Positions 22,793-31,348 of a stretch of 32,000 nt of DNA are shown here, piece after piece (the first letter of the stretch is position 1; each line of letters opens with the position of its first letter). The translations under genes and the position numbers were made by a program. The notes below the pieces were generated by a model. That model had not been told where the DNA came from, searched no databases, and saw only the letters and a list, made by a program, of their open reading frames with translations. Source of the DNA: Geotalea daltonii FRC-32 (GTDB taxonomy: Bacteria > Desulfobacterota > Desulfuromonadia > Geobacterales > Geobacteraceae); NCBI RefSeq assembly GCF_000022265.1, contig NC_011979.1:3210001-3242000 (forward strand), in the 5' to 3' direction.

Positions 22793-24073
22793 TCAAGTTG
22801 ATTTAACCGGCTCGTTGAAAAGGGCTCCGGGTTGCAGCATTGTCTTCTCAACTGCAGGTGCCTGGGTTGTCGCAGGAGAAACCGCCCTGACCCGCTGGAA
22901 AAGGATGCCCAGTGACACAAGGGTGAAAAAAAAGGAATTGAATTCCTGGTCGAGAAAAAAGGAGCCAACCAGCAGCAGGTATAGAGCACCTTCCACGGCA
23001 TTCACCTTCTGTATTGCATTCGAATCACCTTGTTCCCGGAACCAGGCCTTTACCGATCGCATGTTCATTACCACTTTCTTCAGCAGCAACAAATACAGGA
23101 ACAATCCCATATAGCCCGTCTCTGCCAGAACCTTGAGGTAACTGTTATGGGAGACCTTCCAGGCAACATTGTATTTATGGTCATCGACTTTTGAAAACCT
23201 GCCGTCTGCCAGAAGCCTGCCATAAGCCGAGGGGAAGGCCCCAAAGCCCACACCGAATACAGGATTGGCATTGGCCATTTCCACTGCCCTTTTCCAAATG
23301 TAGGTCCTGCCGGACCCGGTTGATCCTTTCATAAAAATAGTTTGAATCCGTTCCAGATATGCAGGTGTAACCATGCCCATGAAAAAAACGGCAAAAACCC
23401 CCGTTATGAATACCCCCTTCAACAAGCCCAGAAGCGACGACCTGTTTTGCAGAATAGTCAACAGGGAAGCAAGGACCAGCAGCAGAAAGCCCATTCTCGA
23501 CTGGGTCAACACTATTTGCATTAGTGTCGCCAGTGCAGTTATGAGAGCAATGATTTTTAGCATGAAATTCCTGTCCCTCAGGTGATACATGATGAAAGGT
23601 ATGCACGACGTAAGGACCAAAGCAAGGTCGTTCGGGTCGTAAAAAGTTCCGACACTGGATCTTTCCGATGACTCCCCTATGAACAAGCCCCCCAAGGAAA
23701 GGGTGAGAATGGAAAACAGCACTGTCCTGCTGACAAGTTCGAAGTCTTCCTCAGTCTTGAAGCAGTAATACAATCCCCCATAGAGAACCAGGTTCTTAAG
23801 TATGACCGTCATGGTGCCGACTGTGTGCCCCAGGTGCATTGAGAAGGGGGCCGTGATGAGTACCCACAGCAAGACACGGAAAATGGCCTTGTTTTCTTCG
23901 GCTTGAACCTCCAGGCCCTGGTCCAGCTCTTTCTTTTTGAGCAGCAGGTAAGCCAATGTCAGTCCGCCGAAGATATATCCCAGGCTCAAGGGTTTAAGAA
24001 AAGTAAGTACATCCTGTGGCCGGCCTATATTGATGTACAGCAGGCCGAGAATGAACAGTTTTGGCATCGTCAT
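22793..24073 (-). CDS. O-antigen ligase/polymerase-like (Wzy_C family) integral membrane protein
   Basis: The protein has about 10 hydrophobic segments. Motifs include TQSRMGFLLLVLASLL and a periplasmic-loop region ending in HNSYLKVLAETGYMGLFLYLLLL, which is typical of the Wzy/WaaL family. Confidence 0.75.
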   Translation of the reverse strand: MTMPKLFILGLLYINIGRPQDVLTFLKPLSLGYIFGGLTLAYLLLKKKELDQGLEVQAEENKAIFRVLLWVLITAPFSMHLGHTVGTMTVILKNLVLYGGLYYCFKTEEDFELVSRTVLFSILTLSLGGLFIGESSERSSVGTFYDPNDLALVLTSCIPFIMYHLRDRNFMLKIIALITALATLMQIVLTQSRMGFLLLVLASLLTILQNRSSLLGLLKGVFITGVFAVFFMGMVTPAYLERIQTIFMKGSTGSGRTYIWKRAVEMANANPVFGVGFGAFPSAYGRLLADGRFSKVDDHKYNVAWKVSHNSYLKVLAETGYMGLFLYLLLLKKVVMNMRSVKAWFREQGDSNAIQKVNAVEGALYLLLVGSFFLDQEFNSFFFTLVSLGILFQRVRAVSPATTQAPAVEKTMLQPGALFNEPVKST

Positions 24074-24148
24074 AAGTCACCATGTCCGTTGGTTCCATCA
24101 ACCGGTAGCCTTTCAGAAACGTAAACCCCACCGGTTTAAAGGTAGCCG

Positions 24149-25291
24149 TTATGGGTTATTCGACTTGTCCCACACCACGATAGTCTTCTTCCGGAATATT
24201 TTCAGCCAGGCAAGGAGACACGCCTCATTCATCTGAACAAATGATCTCATCAGGGCGAGAATGGCACTGCCCCCCGGCTTGATAAAAAGGAAGAATGCTA
24301 CAAAAGCCGCAATCAGGAAAAACAGAACCTGGTGGAACAGGCTGCCGGCAAGGGCCAGAAAAACAATCACGCCGTAGAGCAATATGGCAAACCAAGGCAG
24401 AAGAAAACGAAGCATCTTGTGGGACCAGAGCATCCAGGCGAAAAAGCCGTGCCTGAAAGGGTTGAGCATGTCCCGGTTACTTATGAGGGCGCGGATGGTC
24501 CGGTTGGTGATCCTGATCTGCCGCGAGAACTCCATTCCCTCATCGTCAGCATGCTCTTCCAGGCAATGGACATCCTTGTCCAGAACCACCCGTTTCCCCT
24601 GCCGGACAACGTTCAGGGGAATGACGAAATCGTTGATGTCCTTTTCGTCCAGGGGACGGTAATACTCCCGTCTCATGGCGAATATTGCTCCGTCCGCACC
24701 GATACACGAACCGATGCGACTCTCCTGTTCCTTGATCCATCTCTCGAAGAGGGTGTATTTGCCCATGGTTGCCACCATGCTGCCGTCCCCTGCCTTACTC
24801 AGATAGCGGGTGCTCCCGGTGACCAGGCCTATCTCCTTGTCGGCAAAATTGCGCACCAGCAGATTTAGCATTTCCTTGTGGAACATGGAGTCGGCATCGG
24901 TAAATACCAGCACCTCCCCTCTGGCCAGGTCACAGGCGCAGTTCAACCCGTAGGTTTTACCCTTTCGCGTCTCATTTCTCAGCAGTTTCACCCCTTCTTT
25001 GGCGAAGCTGCCGGCAATTTCATCGGTTCCGTCCGTTGAAGCATCAGATATGACGATGATCTGCAGAAGCTCACGGGGGTAATGAAGCATCAGGGTGTTT
25101 TGCAGCTTCTTGCCGATGACGGCTTCCTCGTTGAAGGCAGGGATTATGATCGTCACCGGCGGTTTCCCCGAGCCTGCAGCGACTTTCCTGTTGCGGACAA
25201 GTCCCAGCAGATAGAGCATCCCCGGGTAAATGACATAGGGGTAAAAAATGAGAATTATGAGAACCCAGAACAAAAACGCCAGTATTTCCAT
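24149..25291 (-). CDS. Membrane-embedded glycosyltransferase family 2 (synthase-like, TM segments at both ends)
   Basis: Motifs are VTIIIPAFNEE, VISDASTDGTDE, VFTDADSMF and RQIRITNR (a degenerate Q-x-x-R-W position). An N-terminal TM segment and several C-terminal TM segments are present. Confidence 0.75.
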   Translation of the reverse strand: MEILAFLFWVLIILIFYPYVIYPGMLYLLGLVRNRKVAAGSGKPPVTIIIPAFNEEAVIGKKLQNTLMLHYPRELLQIIVISDASTDGTDEIAGSFAKEGVKLLRNETRKGKTYGLNCACDLARGEVLVFTDADSMFHKEMLNLLVRNFADKEIGLVTGSTRYLSKAGDGSMVATMGKYTLFERWIKEQESRIGSCIGADGAIFAMRREYYRPLDEKDINDFVIPLNVVRQGKRVVLDKDVHCLEEHADDEGMEFSRQIRITNRTIRALISNRDMLNPFRHGFFAWMLWSHKMLRFLLPWFAILLYGVIVFLALAGSLFHQVLFFLIAAFVAFFLFIKPGGSAILALMRSFVQMNEACLLAWLKIFRKKTIVVWDKSNNP

Positions 25292-25307
25292 GCTCTCTCC
25301 CGAACCG

Positions 25308-26432
25308 TTATTTGCAGATTAGTGAGGTAAACAGCTCCTTGTAACGGTTCACGGAGCTTTCAAGCAGATAGTTATCCTTGACGAAACGGTGGCCATTCTC
25401 TGAAATCCTTTGCCTCAACGGGGCATCGTTCTGCAAAACGGTGATGGCAGCAGCCAGGTGGGGGCAGCTGTCATCAGGTACCAGCAGTCCGTTGTGATTA
25501 TGGGATACAACCTCGGCAATCCCCATCACTTCAGTGCCTATAACCGGCAGAGAGGCGGACATGGCTTCGAGAATGGTCAAGGGCAGGCCTTCGAAGCGGG
25601 AAGAGAGGCAATAAATATCGAAGGCGGCATAGAGCGATGGGACGTCATTGCGGGTGCCCAGAAATATGATTTCTTCCCCCGCCCCAAGAGTTGCCGCCAG
25701 TTCTTCAAGCTCCTTGCGACAGGGCCCGTCACCAACGATAACCGCCTTGCAGGGCCTGCCCCAATCCTTGAGCATGGCAACGGCTCGAATAAGGAGGGCC
25801 TGGTTCTTTTCCCGGCGCAGGTTGCCAACCGTTCCCACGACAGTCTCACCAGGCTTAAGCCCCAGAGACTCCCTCAGCTTGCCCCTGTCGCATTTTGATT
25901 TGAAAAGTTCCATATCGATACCATTCAGGGTCAATACCGCCTTGGAATTGCTGACGCCGTAAGCCTGTTGCAAATGGGCGAAGGATGCTTCCGATACGGC
26001 ATTCACCACCTGGATGTTCCGCAGAAAGAACCTGAACCAGCCGTTCCAGAAAGGGGTATGTGCTTCCATCTCCCATTTGGAGTGCTCCGTGTGCATGACC
26101 GGCATCCCCAAAAAGCGGGCGGCCCAGAAAGCATAGAAGAGGGAGACGAAGTGATGGCTGTTCACCAGCCGAATCCCGTATTTTCTCATCAACTGCAAAA
26201 GCTTGAAGATCAGGCTCACATCGATGCCGCCGCGCCGGTCCAGGACATGACAGCAAATGCCGGCCCTGGTAAATTCACTTCGAAGAGCCCCGTCACGGAA
26301 TGCGGCAACAACGGGAAAATACTGGGGCCCGGCATTCAAGCACAGATTGAAGACGACCCGTTCCGAACCGCCGGTGCCAAGGGTCGGCAAAACGAATAAA
26401 ACGGGAACGGGAACTTTCATTGCCTTTTTCAT
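25308..26432 (-). CDS. Glycosyltransferase family 4
   Basis: The start MKKAMKVPVPVLFVLPTLGTGGSERVVFNL at 26432 forms an ATGA overlap with the upstream stop. The C-terminal motif is SSRFEGLPLTILEAMSASLPVIGTEVMGIAEVVSHNHNGLLVPDD. The 90-codon N-terminal extension of the ORF track was rejected. Confidence 0.85.
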   Translation of the reverse strand: MKKAMKVPVPVLFVLPTLGTGGSERVVFNLCLNAGPQYFPVVAAFRDGALRSEFTRAGICCHVLDRRGGIDVSLIFKLLQLMRKYGIRLVNSHHFVSLFYAFWAARFLGMPVMHTEHSKWEMEAHTPFWNGWFRFFLRNIQVVNAVSEASFAHLQQAYGVSNSKAVLTLNGIDMELFKSKCDRGKLRESLGLKPGETVVGTVGNLRREKNQALLIRAVAMLKDWGRPCKAVIVGDGPCRKELEELAATLGAGEEIIFLGTRNDVPSLYAAFDIYCLSSRFEGLPLTILEAMSASLPVIGTEVMGIAEVVSHNHNGLLVPDDSCPHLAAAITVLQNDAPLRQRISENGHRFVKDNYLLESSVNRYKELFTSLICK

Positions 26433-27361
26433 ATTTTGACCCGCCTGGCGAAGAGCCGTCTCTTCAGGTAAAAACCGAGACCCGGTTTTTCCTTGTTCAG
26501 AAGCCGCAGCTTCAGGTGCGTTTCCCGGGAAATGGGGCGTCTTTGCTTCATCATCTCGGGCAGATGCAGCAGAGCGTCCCCGACTGCTTTCACCCAGTAG
26601 TGGAGAAAACCGTCCCGCACCGCATAAATAAAAGTTGCAGGTAATCTCCGCACCAGATGCAACATGATGAACAATGGTCTGTAGTTGCGGATGGCCAGCC
26701 AAAAATCATTCCTGGTATCGTAATAGTAACGGCGCCACCCGGGCCGGGCATTCTGGGCATATTTATGGCTGACGGTCACTTGAGGCGTGTACCTGATTTC
26801 ATAGCCACGGTCGATGATCCGGGCCGCCAGGTCTGCCCCCTCATGGCTGATAAAAAATTCGTCCGGATAAAGCCCCACCTGGTCAAGTACCTCCTTGCGA
26901 AAGGCCACTGCCCCCTCGGTTATCTCATTGGTTTCGAAGGAAAATTCCGCATAAGTACCGGGATCCCTGGGATGGCACCAGTTGCAGACAAGGCCCGAAT
27001 AGTGATCGATCACCCTGAAGCAGACGGCACCCAATCGCGAATCAACGGCAAACATGCTGCCGATCCTTTCAATGGCAGTGGCATCAAGGCCAAGAATGTC
27101 ATCGTCTATGGTAATTACAAACCTTCCCCTGGCAACGGCCATTCCCCGATTCCGGCCCACAGCACCCATGTTTTCAGGCGGCCGCACCAGGGTAAAAGCA
27201 GGAAATGATGCTCTGACGAATTCTTCGGTGCCATCCGTAGAGCAGTTGTCCACCACTACCACCTCCACAACCGGGCTAGTCAGTCCGTCCAGCTGCTGCA
27301 GCAATTCGGCGAGAACTTCCTTCCTGTTATAGGTAAGGACGACAATGGAAAACAGCGGCAT
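26429..27361 (-). CDS. Glycosyltransferase family 2
   Basis: Motifs are FSIVVLTYNRKEVLAELL, VVVVDNCSTDGT and ITIDDDI. The ATG at 27361 follows GGGGGAA. The start at 27382 would overlap the upstream gene. Confidence 0.85.
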   Translation of the reverse strand: MPLFSIVVLTYNRKEVLAELLQQLDGLTSPVVEVVVVDNCSTDGTEEFVRASFPAFTLVRPPENMGAVGRNRGMAVARGRFVITIDDDILGLDATAIERIGSMFAVDSRLGAVCFRVIDHYSGLVCNWCHPRDPGTYAEFSFETNEITEGAVAFRKEVLDQVGLYPDEFFISHEGADLAARIIDRGYEIRYTPQVTVSHKYAQNARPGWRRYYYDTRNDFWLAIRNYRPLFIMLHLVRRLPATFIYAVRDGFLHYWVKAVGDALLHLPEMMKQRRPISRETHLKLRLLNKEKPGLGFYLKRRLFARRVKI

Positions 27362-27372
27362 GGTTCCCCCAG

Positions 27373-28560
27373 CTATTCCCATATTCCTTCCAGCGATTCA
27401 TGACTTCTCGATCTTCCTCCCCGCTTACTGAGCGACCGATAGAAGGCATCGGCCATCCAGTACATGAAAGGCAATGGATCGGAAAAACTCAGGTCATCGT
27501 AATGACTGGCTTTGCGGTGCGGCCGGAAATATTCCCTGAGAAAAGCGAGCTTGTTCTCGGCCTCTCGCAGCGACGGCATGAAGGCGGCCAGATCGCCCCC
27601 TATCCAGCGTGTGACGACCCCAGTGCTGAATGATGCTTGTGAAGGAACATCACCCCTGGCTGCAATCTTGTAAACCAGGTAGGGAAAATCGACCCCGCAG
27701 GCGATACTTTGGGCCAGAGAGCCCCAGAAACGGGGATTGACGTCAATCAGGTAAGGGACCCCGCTGCATTTTTCAACGATGAAGTCGGCCTGACAGACCC
27801 CATGCCATTTCATCTCCTCAAGGAGCCGCTGCAGGCTGTCTTCTGCCCCCTTGTGTTCGACGCTGATCCTCAGGGTGGCCTGTCCGCATTTGATGGGATA
27901 GCTGCGCAGCTGCCTGTAGCCAACCTTTGCCCGGTATTCCCCCTGTCGAAAGAGCATGGCCACGCAATGGGTCTGGCCATCGATTTTTTGCTGAATGAAA
28001 AAGCGTTCCCAGGGGCGTCCCCAGTGGTCGTCACGGCTCAGCAGGCTTTCCATTTCCTGGGGCGAATCCACCTGGACTATTCCCCATCCCCCGCCCCCTT
28101 GTTTGGGCTTGATCAGCACAGGAAAAGGCAATCGATCAGCCCTCCCCAGCCTTACATCCTCGATTTCGAAGGTGGCGGGGCAACGGATGCCAAGTTCTGC
28201 AGCCAGCGCTCCCCAGCGGTCCTTGTTGTGGGCAGTCAGGATTTGATCATAGTCAGGGACCACCACATTTGTATGCTGTAGAAACTTCTGTTTGTGTTTG
28301 GCTATCAGATAGGTTTCTTCCCCGACCGGTATCAGCACATTGCAGCAATGGAGCTTTACTTTTTCCATCAGTGTCTGGACGAACCCACTTTGTTGGCTGA
28401 AGGGTGAAGGGTAGAGAAATGACCCGCTACTGTATTTGGACGCAAAGGACATGGATCGGGGAACGAAATCAGAAGTGTAAACCCGAATGTGCTTAGTCCC
28501 CAGGCTTTTGGTTATGGCATAGGCCATTCTGTTTCTGGCATTGGTCACTATTACAGGCAT
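27373..28560 (-). CDS. ATP-grasp family carboxylate-amine ligase-like protein
   Basis: The N-terminus MPVIVTNARNRMAYAITKSLG is a Rossmann-like pre-ATP-grasp region. Further motifs are FPVLIKPKQGGGGWGI, QQKIDG and CQADFIVEKCSGVPYLIDVNPRFWGS (the Mg-ATP site E/N pattern). The ATG at 28560 is preferred over the TTG at 28596. Confidence 0.7.
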   Translation of the reverse strand: MPVIVTNARNRMAYAITKSLGTKHIRVYTSDFVPRSMSFASKYSSGSFLYPSPFSQQSGFVQTLMEKVKLHCCNVLIPVGEETYLIAKHKQKFLQHTNVVVPDYDQILTAHNKDRWGALAAELGIRCPATFEIEDVRLGRADRLPFPVLIKPKQGGGGWGIVQVDSPQEMESLLSRDDHWGRPWERFFIQQKIDGQTHCVAMLFRQGEYRAKVGYRQLRSYPIKCGQATLRISVEHKGAEDSLQRLLEEMKWHGVCQADFIVEKCSGVPYLIDVNPRFWGSLAQSIACGVDFPYLVYKIAARGDVPSQASFSTGVVTRWIGGDLAAFMPSLREAENKLAFLREYFRPHRKASHYDDLSFSDPLPFMYWMADAFYRSLSKRGGRSRSHESLEGIWE

Positions 28561-28585
28561 TTTATCTCTTTTATACGTTGTTAAT

Positions 28586-29461
28586 TCAGGAAGCAACGCA
28601 ACTATTTTTGTTCAAGTGAACAAGCCAATGATAAACGCTGATCAGTATCATGAGCCCGATGACAAAAATGAACATGCCTATAACATCATGTATGGTTCCT
28701 GTTATGGCTTCTATACCGTAATGTTGCCCGATAATTCCAGTGCTGGTTATGCGCATTATATTGTTCAGCAGGGCAACGGGAATGGTAACAGCAATGAGTG
28801 TCAATTTTTTCCATGAAGATGACTTCATATGATAGGCAAGAAGGCTGCCGAGCATAATGTAGGAAACCAGGGATTGCATGCCGCTGCAAGCCTCGACAAC
28901 GCTCAGTTGCAGGTTGGACAACTGGATAATGTTTCCGTCTCTTAAAACGGGGATGCCGAAACTTGAAATTATTCCGGCAGAAAGAGTGCTGGCTAAAAGC
29001 TTCATGGAGCCGGTAAGGCGCAAATAGACAGAACTTGGTATGGGAAACATGAAGAAAAGAAACAGGTATGGAAAAATAAACAATTTGAAAAGCTGTAATC
29101 CAAAAAACGAAACTATTAGTCCGGCGATTGAAATCATATAGGATAAATAGGCAAATGTATCAGATTCATAAGCTAAAGCAGCGACATATACAAAAAGACC
29201 AGCGTATGTCATGATGCAACCCCTGTAGGATGGCTGCACATGGTTGCTCTGCAAGCTTTTATGTTTCATGAAACATAACCAGGCAATAATCGGCAGTACA
29301 AAATAACCGTGGGAACACTGTGGCATCGATCCCCATGCCTGGACAAGCCGTAAGTAAACCGGGAAATAAAGGACCGTATGCAAAACAATGAATAAAGCTA
29401 CAACTGTTAAAAAATAAATGTTTTGCCCCTTATATCCTGGATTTGCCATATGGATCACCAT
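28586..29461 (-). CDS. Exosortase (EpsH/Xrt family transpeptidase), short stand-alone form
   Basis: It is a polytopic membrane protein carrying the three exosortase signature residues in context: VVEACSGMQSL (Cys), LLNNIMRITSTG (Arg) and TIHDVIGMFIFVIG (His). The start is uncertain: ATG 29461 follows AGGAAG, with alternatives at ATG 29449 and GTG 29479. The gene overlaps the epsI end. Confidence 0.85.
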   Translation of the reverse strand: MVIHMANPGYKGQNIYFLTVVALFIVLHTVLYFPVYLRLVQAWGSMPQCSHGYFVLPIIAWLCFMKHKSLQSNHVQPSYRGCIMTYAGLFVYVAALAYESDTFAYLSYMISIAGLIVSFFGLQLFKLFIFPYLFLFFMFPIPSSVYLRLTGSMKLLASTLSAGIISSFGIPVLRDGNIIQLSNLQLSVVEACSGMQSLVSYIMLGSLLAYHMKSSSWKKLTLIAVTIPVALLNNIMRITSTGIIGQHYGIEAITGTIHDVIGMFIFVIGLMILISVYHWLVHLNKNSCVAS

Positions 29462-30086
29462 TATCTTCCTGTAAAGCACTGTCTATGAAAGGATACACAT
29501 CTGTAATGAACTGGCCCAAATATCGATCTGACGCTTCATTATTCTCTGGTTTTAAGGGCATTGAAAATCTTATTAAGGCATTGTCTGTTTTTTTTCCCTG
29601 TATCAATTTCTTTACCAAATCAGTTCTAAGCCTTAGTAAGTTATTTGTATTCAGGGTGTTGTTCATGAAACCGAAATACACAATTTCATTAGTCGCACCT
29701 TTACTTACTTTCAATCTGGAAAGATCAAGTTTTTTACCACCGGCGAATACGGTGATATCGGAATTTTCCACAATCTTCCATCCCTGGGCCGGGTAACAGA
29801 TTGTAGGTAGATGGGCTGAGTCAGATTTCTTCAAGCTGCTGTAATAACCCACATAAAGGTTAACCTGTCCGCCGTTATTCTGATAGTTCCTGAAGAGGAA
29901 CGCATCAGGCTTGATCTTGTCGATTGTTGCATCGTCAAGGCCCAGATCTCGCCCTTTCCAGCCATTTATATGCAAAGGTATGCGAAGATCTTTTTCATTT
30001 TTTGTTTCCGGGCGCATGTTACGAACAAGAGTGCCTGCAGCAACAAAAACAATCAGTGTTAAAAAGGCTATGATGGTCAATTTCAT
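29430..30086 (-). CDS. epsI: EpsI-family exosortase-associated protein (DUF3485-like), N-terminal membrane anchor
   Basis: The TM anchor is MKLTIIAFLTLIVFVAAG. EpsI motifs follow: IPLHINGWKGRDLGLDD...DAFLFRNYQN..GQVNLYVGYYSS...SAHLPTICYPAQGWKI. The gene sits directly upstream of the exosortase and has an ATGA overlap with the upstream GT4 gene. Confidence 0.8.
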   Translation of the reverse strand: MKLTIIAFLTLIVFVAAGTLVRNMRPETKNEKDLRIPLHINGWKGRDLGLDDATIDKIKPDAFLFRNYQNNGGQVNLYVGYYSSLKKSDSAHLPTICYPAQGWKIVENSDITVFAGGKKLDLSRLKVSKGATNEIVYFGFMNNTLNTNNLLRLRTDLVKKLIQGKKTDNALIRFSMPLKPENNEASDRYLGQFITDVYPFIDSALQEDNGDPYGKSRI

Positions 30087-31348
30087 AGGGCATTCTTACC
30101 CAATATCGAATTGAAGACATCTGATAGCATTCCCGTCAATGTGCGTCCGTTGAATTTTGCAATAAATTCCGGGTTTACTTTTGGTTTAAGGCTGTTTGAC
30201 TGCCATTTGCCGTATAGGTCTCGTAAAGCAAGATATACTTTCTCGGGATCCTTATCAGTGATGACATATGAATTGGAGGAGTAACTTCTGAACAATTCCG
30301 CGTTGTCACCTTCAGGCAGGTCAGCAATGACAGGTTTGCCTGTCTCCAGATATTCGAATGATTTATTGGCAATCGATACGGAAAAATACCGGTCCACATG
30401 GGGCAATTGAGAAAGAAACAATACATCAGATTGGTAAATGTGAGCTAAAGCCTGTTCGTGTGGCAAATTGCCGATGATCTCAACCTTGTCCTCAATGCCA
30501 AAAAATTTGGCCTTTTGCATAATGCCTTTGTATGTGTCCCCTATGGATCTGAATAGTATTTTACATCCCTGCATTTTTGCCATAGCTGCAAACAGTCTGT
30601 CCGGGTCTCTTTTCATTCCGTATAAATGGCCCGCATGAGATATTATCATTTTATCATTTTTCAGTTCAGGACAGTTTGATCTGAAGTCAAACCCATTGTT
30701 GATTACTGATATATTCAGTTCTTTATAACGATCTTTGTATAATTGTTCTCCGCCTTTTGTATTTGTTATGAGATAGTCTGTGTATTTCAATACAAGTTTT
30801 TCCATATACTTTCTCATGACTGAATAGTATGAAGGTACTTTTTCATGATAGTCCAGGGCATAGGGGTCCCTGAAATCCAATACTAGCGGGAGTTTCAGCT
30901 TTTTCTTCAATAAAACCCCGGCAAGGGCTGTGGAAAAAGGTTTGCAGGTTACATAAATAAGGTCGTACCCGTGGTTTTTATAAACTTCAAGACTCTTTGA
31001 AACTGCGGAGGGGACAAATCCAACAGCGTTGTCAGGAAAAAGCAACAACCGCTCAAAAAGCCTGAAATTGCTGTCAAACCCGCACTTGTCCCAGAGTTTT
31101 CTGACCAGAACATCGGGCAGTGCCACAGCATCAAAGGTAAACTGGCTGGCTCGAAAAACATTACTATCATCGGCGGTAATGACATTGTCTTTGCTTTTTA
31201 CCGTGACAACCAAAGGCTCATAACCATAGAACGGCAGATTGTCCACAAACCTCTTGATTCTCATGCATCCTGAGGCAATGGCAGGCGGATAGTGATAAGA
31301 GAGCATCAGCACTTTTTTTTTCGGCAGTTGATCCAAGCTTTTCACCAT
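30083..31348 (-). CDS. Glycosyltransferase family 4-like
   Basis: The N-terminus is KKVLMLSYHYPPAIASGCMRIKRFVDNLPFYGYEPLVVT. The C-terminal motif is SFEYLETGKPVIADLPEGDNAELF. GC content is low. Confidence 0.65.
   Translation of the reverse strand: MVKSLDQLPKKKVLMLSYHYPPAIASGCMRIKRFVDNLPFYGYEPLVVTVKSKDNVITADDSNVFRASQFTFDAVALPDVLVRKLWDKCGFDSNFRLFERLLLFPDNAVGFVPSAVSKSLEVYKNHGYDLIYVTCKPFSTALAGVLLKKKLKLPLVLDFRDPYALDYHEKVPSYYSVMRKYMEKLVLKYTDYLITNTKGGEQLYKDRYKELNISVINNGFDFRSNCPELKNDKMIISHAGHLYGMKRDPDRLFAAMAKMQGCKILFRSIGDTYKGIMQKAKFFGIEDKVEIIGNLPHEQALAHIYQSDVLFLSQLPHVDRYFSVSIANKSFEYLETGKPVIADLPEGDNAELFRSYSSNSYVITDKDPEKVYLALRDLYGKWQSNSLKPKVNPEFIAKFNGRTLTGMLSDVFNSILGKNAL

Noticed and set aside
24074-24148. 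A 75-nt gap between the membrane GT2 and the Wzy-like gene, considered as an internal promoter or terminator
   Set aside because: Only a 5-bp AAACC...GGTTT stem is present. There are no promoter-like hexamers or U-tract. The gap is most simply an intercistronic spacer.
26433-26702. A 90-codon N-terminal extension of the GT4 ORF (track start 26702)
   Set aside because: The extension lies entirely inside the upstream GT2 gene. It is Ala/Gly/Ser/Arg-rich with no GT4 similarity. The ATGA-coupled start at 26432 gives the canonical GT4 N-terminus.
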